DNA from: the human T2T-CHM13v2.0 reference genome, Homo sapiens
Reading direction: 5' to 3' (one strand)
Length of the DNA: 64,000 nt
Assembly (NCBI RefSeq): GCF_009914755.1
Contig: NC_060947.1
Each line of letters begins with the position of its first letter. Within the stretch, counting starts at the first letter, position 1. The translations under genes were made by a program, and so were the position numbers. The notes below the pieces were generated by a model. That model worked only from the letters and a program-made list of their open reading frames with translations, had not been told where the DNA came from and searched no databases. Below, in pieces: positions 15,400 to 26,038 of this stretch.

Positions 15400-15900
15400 G
15401 AGGCAGGAAACCTTCAGTCACGTGGCAAATACCCCACTGAGTGCGCATGCTGCACAGATCTGTTGCTGCGCATGCGCCTTTCTGCCCACCTTCTGTCTAG
15501 GCAGAGCTCTGCAAGGAGAGGTTGTGTCTTCGTTCTTTCCGCCATCTTCGTTCTTTCCAACATCTTCGTTCTTTCTCACTGACCGAGACTCAGCCGGTAG
15601 GTCTGCAGAGTGGTCTTCCTGGTAATTTAGTTGTGAGTGAATGTGTGGAGGAGCCAGCGGGCTTAGGACAGGTCCCGTGGCACAGTCCGTGGCTTTGAGG
15701 GAAAAGGGCCTCGCGGTGGTCCTCCGCCTTCCCCCAGGTCCTGATGCAGGCGCCATGGGCCGGTAATCGTGGCTGGGCTGGAACGAGGGAGGAAGGTAGG
15801 CCGTGGAGGGGGTAGATCGCCTGAAGATGGTGCGAGTCCTGGGGGTGGGTGCTGTTAGAGGTGTCTGAGTCCCGAAAACGCCTGGAACTCTCTGAGGGAG
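15400..15900 (+). promoter_or_regulatory. PAGE5: PAGE5 CpG-rich promoter/first exon with E-box and NRF1-like motifs
   Basis: Local CpG enrichment; CACGTG at 15419-15424; TGCGCATGC at 15442-15450; TGCGCATGCGC at 15467-15477; splice donors at 15597 (cg|gtaggt) and 15796 (ag|gtaggc). Confidence 0.75.
15744..15795 (+). CDS. PAGE5: PAGE5 coding exon 1 (long isoform N-terminus)
   Basis: ATG at 15744, MQAPWAGNRGWAGTREE, donor gtaggc at 15796. Confidence 0.8.
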
Positions 15901-18900
15901 GACAGTTTCTGGACTCTTCGTTAGGGATGCGAGAAGGGATGGTGTGGGTGGTAAGGAAGGGGCCAGGAAACTGGGAACGCTGTGGGCTGGTGACTACGGC
16001 CCCGAGGTCTGTAGAGTGCCTGGCAGAGGTGTCCAGTGAGGAACATAACCTTAACTCTGTGTCGCAACTTCTCATCTCAGCCATGGACCTCATGGAAAGG
16101 AATGGTTGAGGCTGTGCATTCCAACAAAACTTGATTTTTCGGGGAGTGGGGAGGAGGTGGTGGTGGCCCTAGTATATCAGAGTGGGAGGAAAGCAGCAGT
16201 CACTTCAGTTTCAATTTTCTGCCCGTTTTTTTCCTAAATGTGTAAATGATGGAGAGTCTAATTGTGAAGCCAAAACTCAGAAAAGTCCTCTGTCTTTTGC
16301 TATGGCGTTAAGGTGTTTTCTGTGCCTCTTCGACTATGATACAAACAAATCTGTCCTTAGTTTGATTGGAAAGCATGCGTACTTATCAATGCTCTGTGAC
16401 TTAGTTTGAAAATATTTTCAAAATTAAAAAAGTACAAATCACCATTTTGCCATGGAATGTTCATATATATAGCTAAGTTCTTACACACTTTTTCCAAATA
16501 ACAATATTTTGTTTTCAGTGAGAGATATGAGTGAGCATGTAACAAGATCCCAATCCTCAGAAAGAGGAAATGACCAAGAGTCTTCCCAGCCAGTTGGACC
16601 TGTGATTGTGAGTCCTTTAGCATTTGATGTTTTCTATTAACACATTTTATTTTAAAAAATATTTTTGAGCGAGTGTACATGCACTGATACAGGTGTTCCA
16701 TGCTAATAAAAAATGATGATGGCATCTCATGAAGGCAACTTTGGTTCAGGAATATTATATTCTGGTGTTGCCTTATGGATATGGATATTTTACTCTCTCT
16801 CTATATATATATCTATTGGAAAATGTCTTTAGATTTATGATTCGATGCACATATGCATTTGTGTGTTTATATTATTGACTTTTTATTCGCACACACACTT
16901 ACACCCTTAGGTCCAGCAGCCCACTGAGGAAAAACGTCAAGAAGAGGAACCACCAACTGATAATCAGGGTATTGCACCTAGTGGGGAGATCAAAAATGAA
17001 GGAGCACCTGCTGTTCAAGGTGAAGGGAGAGTGGAGAATAATGCTTATGGGTGGTGGAGGTCTATTTATGCATTATATTTTGTGACATACCAGTAACAGG
17101 AGGACAGAAAACATTAGGAAGGAATCTTAAACATTTCTTACTGCTGCTGTGCGGAGGGGTGGGACAAGGACACATAAAAAGCCACAAACTTTCCTACCAT
17201 TTTGACGGAGGCTTTTTATTGATTGGGTATTTGCATGGTTGCCGTAAACCTTTGAGTGTTTTCCAGAGTTCCTGTATGGTTTGTTCAGCTATTTTCTGTT
17301 TTTTGTTTTGTTTTGTTTTGTTTTATGCTTCTGTGGAAGAATGGCAGCTTGCAGCTTCCTAGTCTGCCATCTGCGGACATCTCTCATGTATTTTTATAAG
17401 ATACTTTTTAACACATTTATTAATGCTTCCTCATGCTGTGTAATATACTAAGCGCCGGAGATGTCAGTGCCAAATTTTTGCCTAAAGCTCATAGTCTAGT
17501 CAGACTGACTCAAACAAATCACTGATTTAATGTGATAAGAATAAGAACAAATGAGTACAAAAGGAACAAGTAAGTTGTCTAGGGCCAGCCTTGGGAAAGG
17601 AAAGGGCAATGTTTGAACATTTCTGCTTTCCTGCTTTTCTGGCAACAGACTTCTGAAATAATTAGCCTACAGGTTTTTATTTCACAATGATGAGGGAATA
17701 AATATTATTACCTCGTTCATAGTTCATATTTTAATTCGTAAATTGACGACTTTTTATCTTTAAGGGACTGATGTGGAAGCTTTTCAACAGGAACTGGCTC
17801 TGCTTAAGATAGAGGATGCACCTGGAGATGGTCCTGATGTCAGGGAGGGGACTCTGCCCACTTTTGATCCCACTAAAGTGCTGGAAGCAGGTATGTTATT
17901 CAATAAGATGCAAATTATAGGGTTTCTATTTTCACAATATTGTATTTTGTGTGACACAGAGGTAAAATTACTGCTACTTTAATATCATACTTCACATCTA
18001 AAGATTCTTTGAAGGTAGTTCAGACCCCAAATGGCTGCCTTACACACTATCAGAGATAGAAGGCCAGGTGTGGTGGCTCATGCTGTTAATTCCAGCACTT
18101 TGGGAAGCCGAGGCAGAAAGACCACTTGAGGCCAGAACTTCAAGAGATAGAATAAATTGGGTCAAAGCTAATTGAGTTACGATATGAAAGATATGAAACA
18201 TGCTAAGAGAGTAGATTTTGAGTGTCTTCACAGCTATATGAAATAATGCATATATTAATTAGGTTGAGCCGTTTTACAATGTATGTATATTTTAAAACAT
18301 CATGTTTTACATGATAAATATATATGATTTCATGTGTCATTTTTAAAAGAAAGATAAGAAAAGGTTTTCTAACTTTTAAATGTAAGTCATGTAACCAACA
18401 GCCAATAATTTTCAGGTATTTTTACAGAGGACTGTTTTTTAACAAATACATAACATGTTTATGATAAGCATCAGTTTATGTTGTAATGTTAATTGTGCTG
18501 GTAATGTCTTAAAGCTAGCGTGGGGGTTTTCAGTTTACTGTATAAACTGAAATGCTTTTAAGCATGTTGAGAGGCAGGAGTACCAATGAAAATAGTGACA
18601 AATGTTCACTACTTAAAGCAACTACATAATGTCTAAACTAGTCCAAAGTAACATTTTAACACTTTTTCACAAGATACACAAAAGTAATACTGACTTTTCT
18701 ATTTCCTGCACTTAGGCAGTTCTAAACATATTCTATATTCAGAGTGTTATTTCATATCAAAAAATTTAAATGATACTTTAAAAATATATTTTTTTCCTTA
18801 GGTTTTTGTTTGGTTGAATTTTTACTAAAAGTATAGGCATATTTTTACTTTCCACTTACACATATAAAATAGATTCACTTGATTTAATTCATTCTGTACT

Positions 18901-19147
18901 CGAACAGTGTCTTTGTTATTCTACTAGAAAAAGTGGCATGAATTAAAAATATTGTTAATATGCCTGGAAGTCTACCTTCTGAGTTTATTCAGAGGCTAAC
19001 TGGATGTAAGCTAAAGGGACACCCTCAGGGTTCTGATTTTAGTTAATCAACACTGTAGTTGTATACTTCTAGTGTCATCTAAATAGAAATCTGCTGAATA
19101 ACGTGCTCTAATTTTATATTTATATTATAGGTGAAGGGCAACTATAG
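15744..19147 (+). CDS. PAGE5: PAGE family member 5 (GAGE/PAGE cancer-testis antigen). Spliced CDS join(15744-15795,16519-16607,16911-17019,17765-17890,19131-19147), 130 aa. A 110-aa form starts at ATG 16527.
   Basis: All introns are GT-AG; 393 nt with no internal stop. Translation MQAPWAGNRGWAGTREEVRDMSEHVTRSQSSERGNDQESSQPVGPVIVQQPTEEKRQEEEPPTDNQGIAPSGEIKNEGAPAVQGTDVEAFQQELALLKIEDAPGDGPDVREGTLPTFDPTKVLEAGEGQL* matches my recollection of human PAGE5. Confidence 0.93.
16519..16607 (+). CDS. PAGE5: PAGE5 exon 2 (contains the family-conserved ATG at 16527)
   Basis: ttttcag| acceptor, MSEHVTRSQSSERGNDQESSQPVGPVI, |gtgagt donor. Confidence 0.93.
16911..17019 (+). CDS. PAGE5: PAGE5 exon 3 (109 nt)
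   Basis: cccttag| acceptor, VQQPTEEKRQEEEPPT...GAPAVQ, |gtgaag donor. Same length as PAGE3 exon 3. Confidence 0.93.
17765..17890 (+). CDS. PAGE5: PAGE5 exon 4 (126 nt)
   Basis: ctttaag| acceptor, TDVEAFQQELALLKIED...KVLEA, |gtatgt donor. Same length as PAGE3 exon 4. Confidence 0.93.
18062..18145 (+). mobile_element. Alu left-monomer fragment in PAGE5 intron 4
   Basis: ggccaggtgtggtggctcatgc...cagcactttgggaagccgagg, truncated. Confidence 0.85.
19131..19147 (+). CDS. PAGE5: PAGE5 exon 5 coding part
   Basis: tatag| acceptor, GEGQL followed by TAG. Confidence 0.9.
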
Positions 19148-19214
19148 GTTTAAACCAAGACAAATGAAGACTGAAACCAAGAATATTGTTCTTATGCTGG
19201 AAATTTGACTGCTA

Positions 19215-20064
<850 letters not shown>

Positions 20065-21509
20065 TTCTTTGCATTATTTCCATGATAATTTCTTTTGCCT
20101 CTTTCTCTGTTCTCAGTATCCAGAGATTTTCTTAATCTACATCTATATCACCTTTATTAAAACTTTTAAAATTGTTTCACTTTTGTCTTTCATTGAATGC
20201 TTTTTTATTTGCTACCTAATTTCTAAGAGACTTTTAAAACGACTTTTTCTTAATTGATAGCTGAAATAAAAGTATACAGCTTAACCAATTGAGCTCTCCT
20301 GTTGATACCAAAGTGAAGGCAACTTCCTAAAACATATTGGATACTCATTTTTTCCCTCTTCTATGGAAGGATGTACACAGCACTGGACTTGTATGTTGCC
20401 CATAGACTTGCAAGCACTGCCACCCCCTGCCACCAACTTTGACAACAACCTAAATTTTTTTTTGAGAAGGATAAAAGCCCATGGGGAGCAGGGATTCTTA
20501 AGTTGTACTGACTTTGGTTGGAGTGCTTTGAATGAACTAAGTAAGTTCAATTTGGGGCATGCTGAAACTCAGGGAAAACTGATTTCTGCTATTCTCTCCA
20601 AGTCATCTGATGACTGTCTTTGATTCAGAAATTTGGGTGTGGAGGCACTCGAAGACAGAAAACTTGGGCAATGAGTAAAGATGGAGAGATCATTGTTTTC
20701 TCCACAGAGAAAGATAAACCCATAAAGTCTGGTCTATTTATTCTGAAGTCTACCCATTAAAGGTGATTGAAAATGTTTTTCTGTTGCTCAAGCTTTGGAT
20801 CATAGACTTTTGTGAGGAACTGTGTGGCTGGGTCAGAAGCCATACTGAAGATGGATGCCAGCCCCCGACCTCCGTCAGCCAGGGATCCTTGAGGTCTAAG
20901 AGATATTTATTTCAGCTGCTAGGATCATCTTCTCTGGGTGAGGGATGTGATTATACAAATTAGTCTATGACATAGGGAAACAAAACCTCAGGAGGACCAG
21001 AGATTACCATATGTGTCTGTGGGGCAACATGAGGCTAAGAATCCAATGATGAGGCAGCAGCCCCTCCATGTTGCTTGGTACCAGACAGCTCAGATCGATC
21101 AGGGTCATAGGCACCTAAAATTCCAAGATTCACAGGATGAGAGTTTGCTGCAGTTGTGTGTAAGGGGGACTCCTCCTTCACAAAAAGTCTGCTTTGGTGG
21201 TACTGGTAACAGCCATTGCTTAATTTTCCACCGCTGCTTTTTTCACTTAATTCAACAGTTCTTAAGCCAAACCTTTACCAATGACTCCTCAGCTTTGAAG
21301 ACTGAAGCCTGTCCCTCCAAGGTAACCCAATTGAGGTATGCTGTCTTCCTGAACATATCATCCAACACTCTTAGCTGTTCCAGAAAAAAGACTGTGTGGC
21401 TCCAAGCATACCTTGGATTTGCTGGCATGAGATGCTTTGATGTGCAATAGTTCAATTAGCTGGGTCACATCTGAATTACTTTGTAGTGCCTCAGTTTACT
21501 ATATGACAT

Positions 21510-21978
21510 TATTTTTAGTATTGAGGCATAATTCAATTACAGAAAAATTCACTCTTTAGTTCTACAGTTTGAGTTTTGACAAATGCATGCAGTATATAAG
21601 TACTATCACGATCAAGCTCTAGGATAGTTCTATCATTCCAAAATGTTGTCTTCTGCCCTTTTTTAGTCACCTTCTTTCTCTGTCTCTATCCACTGGCAAC
21701 CACTGATCTGTTCTCCAACACTATAGTTTGGCCTTTTGTAGAATTTCATAGAAATAAAATCATAGAGTATTTAATTTTTCACATCTGGCTTCTTTTACTT
21801 TTCTTTCTTTTACTTTTCACTATCCAGCATGAGATTCATTCATGCTGTCTATCGGTACTTTGTTCCCCTTTATTGATAAACAGTATTTCTCTGTATGGAT
21901 TTAACACTGTTTGATTAAAGGACAAATTGAAGGACATTTTATTTGTTTTCCTTTCTTGGAGATAAAACCACTGTAAAG
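21510..21978 (-). mobile_element. Old L1M 3' end, resuming after the MaLR at about 24463
   Basis: Motifs gagttttgacaaatgcat, ctggcaaccactgatctg and gagattcattcatgctg. Confidence 0.7.
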
Positions 21979-21983
21979 ATCTA

Positions 21984-24457
21984 TAAGGTGGTTTGAATAT
22001 TTGTCTCCTCCAAATCTCATGTTGAAATGTGATTCCCAGTGTTGGAGATGGGCTATGATGGGAGGTGATTGGATCATGGAGGCAGATCCCTCCTGAATTG
22101 TTTAGCACCATCCCCTTGGTGATAAGTGAGTTCTTGTTCAGTTCACATGAGATATGATTGTTTAAAAGTCTGGGAGGTCCCTTTCACTCTATTGATGCTG
22201 CTTACCATGTGTTATGCCTGCTCCCTCTTTGCCTTCTGCCATGGTTGTAAGCTTCCCGAGACCTCCCTAGAAGCAGATGTGGGCGCCAGGCTTTCTGTAT
22301 AGCCTGCAGAACCATGGGCGAATTAAACCTCCTTCCTTTATAAATTACCCAGCCTCAGGCATTTCTTTATAGCAATGTAAAAATGGCCTAACACAGAAAA
22401 TTGGGGAGGAGTGGGGCATTGCTATAAAGATAACTGAAAATGTAGAAGTGGCTTTGGAACTGGGTAATGGGCAGAGGTTGGAAGTGTTTGTAGGTCTCAG
22501 AAGAAGACAGGAGGACAAGGGAACATTCAGAACTTCTTAGAGATTTGTTAAGTGGTTGTGACCAAAATGCTGATAGAAATATGGACAGTGAAGGCCAGGC
22601 TGATAACGTCTCAGATGAAAATGAGGACGTTATTGGGAAGTGGATCAAAGGCCACCCTTGTTACACCCTAGCAAAAAACTTGGCTGCATTGTGTCTATGC
22701 TATAGGGATTTGTGGAAGTTTGAACTTAAAAGTGATGACTTAGGGTATCTGGTGGAAGAAATTTCTAAGCAGCCAAGTGTTCAATATGTGGCCTGGCTGC
22801 CTCTATCAATGTATGATCAGATACAAAAGCAAATAAATGGCTTAAAGTTGGAACTTATACTTAAAAGGGAAATAGAGCATAAAAATTTGGAAAATTTACA
22901 GCCTGGCCTTGTGGTAAAAGAGGAAAGAGCATTTTTCAGGAGAGAACACAAGCCAGTGTTCTCTCTAGCAGCCACTTGCTAGAGAGGTTAGCATAGCTAA
23001 AAGGGAGCCAAGTGCTAATATCCAAGACCGTGGTGAAAGGCCTTGAAGGCATTTCAGAGATCTTGGAGACAGCTCCTGCCATCACAGGCCCAGAGACCTA
23101 GAAGGAAAGAATGATTTATCGGCCAGGCCCAGGGTCCTGCTGCCCTGTGCAGCTTCGGGACACTGCTTCCCGCATCCTGGCTGCTCCAGCTCCAGCCTCA
23201 GTGAAAAGGGCCTCAGATACTGCTCAGGCCACTGTTTTGAAGAGCACAAAGTGCCATAAGCCTTGGCGGTTTCTATGTGGTGTTAAGTCTGTGGGTACAC
23301 AGGATGCAAGAGTGAAGGAAGCTTGACAGCTTCCCTCTCAATTTCAGAGGATGTACAAGAAAGTCTGGCTGCCTGGACAGAAGCCTGCCACAGAAACAGA
23401 GCCCTCACAGAAATCTACTAGGGTAGTGCTGAGGAGAAATACGGGGTTAGAGTCCTCCCCTCACAGAGTCCCCACCAGGGAGCTGCCTAGTGGAGTTCTG
23501 TAAAGGAGACTGCCACCCTCCAGACCCCAGAATGGTAGAGCTACCAGCAGTTTGCATGCTGAGCCTGAAAAAGCTGCAGGCACTCAACTCCAACCCATTA
23601 ACATAGCCACAGGGGCTGCAACCTGCAAGCCACAGGGGTGGAGCTATCTTAGTCTTTGGGAGCCCACCACTTGCACCAGTGTGTCCTGGATGCTGGACAT
23701 GGAGTCGAAGAAGGTTATTTTGGAGCTTTGAGATTTAATGACTGCCCTGCTGGGTTTCAGACTTACTTGGGGCCTGTAGCCCCCTTTTTTGTCCCATTTC
23801 CCCATTTTGGTATGGGAATGTATACCCAATGCCTGGTACCACCATTGTATCTTGGGAGTAAATAAATTGTTTTTTATCTCACAGGCTCATAGGTGGAAGG
23901 AACTCATCTCCAGATGAAACTTGGTACTTGGGACTTTTGAGCTAATGCTGGAATGAGTGAAGACTTTGGGAGACTATTGTGAAGGCATGATTATATTTTG
24001 AAATGTGAGAAGGACATGAAATTTGGGGGGCTAGAGGAGGAATGATATGGTTTTGATGTTTATCCCCTCTAAATCTCATGTTGAAATGTGATTCCCAGCG
24101 TTGGAGGTGGGCCCTGGTGGGAGGTGATTAGATCATTGGGGCAGATGCCTCATGAATGGTTTAACACCATTCCCTTGGTGATAAGCAAGTTCTCACTCAT
24201 TTAGTTCACACAAGATCTGGTTATTTAACAGTCCAGGTTCTCCCCACTTTGTTCTCTTGCTCCCTCTTGCCATGTGATATGCCTGTTCCTTCTTTGCCTT
24301 CCAACATGATTATAAGCTTCCTGAGCCCTCCCCAGAAGCAGATGCGAGCACCATGCTTCCTGTGCAGCCTGCAGAACTATGGGCTAATTAAACCTCTTTT
24401 CATTATAAATAACTCAGCCTCAAGTATTTATGGCAAAAACAAAAATGGTCTAACACA
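21984..24457 (+). mobile_element. Complete MaLR provirus (MST-type): LTR 21984-22395, internal 22396-24042, LTR 24043-24457
   Basis: Two homologous ~410-bp LTRs. Internal region begins gaaaattgggg...gagtggggcattgctataaag. Purine tract precedes the 3' LTR. 5-bp TSD atcta at 21979-21983 and 24458-24462. Confidence 0.92.
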
Positions 24458-24556
24458 ATCTATCTGGGATTTTTGGAGACATAACTTTTCTCCTTTTTGA
24501 ATAAATATCTAGGAGAGGGATTGCTAGATCATATAATCAATGTATATTTAAGTCTA

Positions 24557-24912
24557 TGCAATGAATTGAATGTGTCCCCACCGAATTCATATGTTGAAAT
24601 CTCAATGGGATGGTATTAAAAGATGAGATATTTGGGAGGTAATTAGGTATTGAGGGTGGGACCCTCATGAATGGGATTAGTGCCCATATAAAAGGGACCC
24701 TAGAGAGCTCTGTTACCCTTTTTCCACCATCTGAGTTTATGGTCAGAAGTCAACTGTCTGAAACTCAGAAGAAAGCTCTGACCAGAACTCTAATATCCTG
24801 GAACCCTGATCTCAAACTTCTAGTCCCTAGAACTGTGAGAAGTAAGTTTCTGTTGTTTATAAGCCATCTACTCTATGATATTTTGTTATAGCAACCTGAA
24901 TGGACTAAGACA
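24557..24912 (+). mobile_element. MLT1A-like solo LTR (MaLR)
   Basis: aattcatatgttgaaatc...ctcatgaatgggattagtgccc...agaactgtgagaagtaagtttctgttg...gactaagaca. Confidence 0.8.
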
Positions 24913-25358
24913 GTTTATTAGAAATTGCCAAACTGTTTTCCAAAGTGTCTCTGTCATTTTACATTCCCACAAGCAATGTGTAAGAGTGTTAGTTGCACTG
25001 TATCCTAGGTAGTACTTGGTATTGTCAGTTTTAAAAAAATATATTTTTCTTCACATTTTAGGTGTTGAGAGATTTTAATATTAATGGATGTTGAATCTTA
25101 TTAAATGCTTTTTTTCTCATTTACTGAGATTATCATATAACATGCAAATGTGAAGGAACCCTGAATTTTCAATATAAACCTCATTTCCTCATTGTACTTT
25201 TGCATTTTTAATATATTACTGAATTCAATTAGCCAATATTTTGAGAATTTTTGTGTGAGTATTCATAAGAAATATTGGTGTGTAGTTTCATTTATTTGTA
25301 ATGTCTTTATATTGTTTTGTATCAGAGTAATGATGAATTCATAAAATTAGTTGGGAAG

Positions 25359-25908
25359 TATATTAGGGTTTTCTAGAGGGACAGAACTAACAGGATAGGT
25401 GTATATGTGAAGGAAAGCTTATTAAAGAGTATTGACTCACACAGTCACAAGGTAAAACCCCAAAATAGGCCATCTATTTGCAAGCTGAGGAGCAAGGAAG
25501 CCAGTCTGAGTCCAAAAACCTCAAAAGTAGGAAAGCCAACAGTGCAGCCTTCAGTCTGTGGCTGAAGGTCCAAGAGCCCCTGGCAAACCACTGGTGTAAA
25601 TCTGAGTATAAAAGCTGAAGAACTTGAAGTCTGATGTTTAAGGGCAGGAAACATTCAGCACGGGAGAAAGATGAAGGCTGGGAGACTCAGCAAGTCCACT
25701 CCTTCCACCTTCTTCTGCCTGCTTTTTTTTTCTAGCTGCACTGGCAGCTGATTAGATGGTGCCCACCCAGATTGAGGGTGGGTCTGCCTCTCTCAGTCCA
25801 CTGACTCAAATGTTAACGTCCTTTGGCAATACCCTCACAGACACCCCCAAGAACAATACTTTGCATCCTTCAGTCTAATCAATTTGACACTCTATATTAA
25901 TCATCACA
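25359..25908 (-). mobile_element. MLT2A-like solo LTR (ERVL)
   Basis: tattagggttttctagagggacagaactaa...ctcacagacacccccaagaacaatacttt...attaatcatcaca. Flanks are ggaag and ggaaa. Confidence 0.85.
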
Positions 25909-26038
25909 GGAAATATTTTTGTCTGTTCCATTTTCTTGAAGAGTTTGGATGAATTGTCAATATTTCTTCTTTAGGGGTTTAACAGAAGCCACTTATGCCT
26001 GGCATTATTTTGCTGGGACTTCAAAAAATGTGGATTCA

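Noticed and set aside
15590-16093. Antisense ORFs over both promoters (15590-16093 minus, 167 aa; 59368-59967 plus, 199 aa) with similar C-termini (CPKPAGS..HSLTTK.PG) ending at homologous stops
   Set aside because: The similarity follows from DNA paralogy. The shared upstream TARPFSL segment is in a different frame in PAGE5, so the frame is not conserved, and GC-rich DNA readily gives long ORFs.
17773-17982. ORF-track peptides 17773-17982 (+) and 55612-55809 (-) as standalone genes
   Set aside because: They are PAGE5 and PAGE3 exon 4 read through into intron sequence, starting at GTG codons.
20250-21480. Several 66-145 aa ORFs downstream of PAGE5
   Set aside because: No recognisable domain or splice structure, and some start at non-ATG codons. 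Consistent with chance ORFs.
22545-22982. 145-aa ORF
   Set aside because: It is a decayed MaLR internal ORF remnant with a non-ATG start inside the MST provirus, not a host gene.
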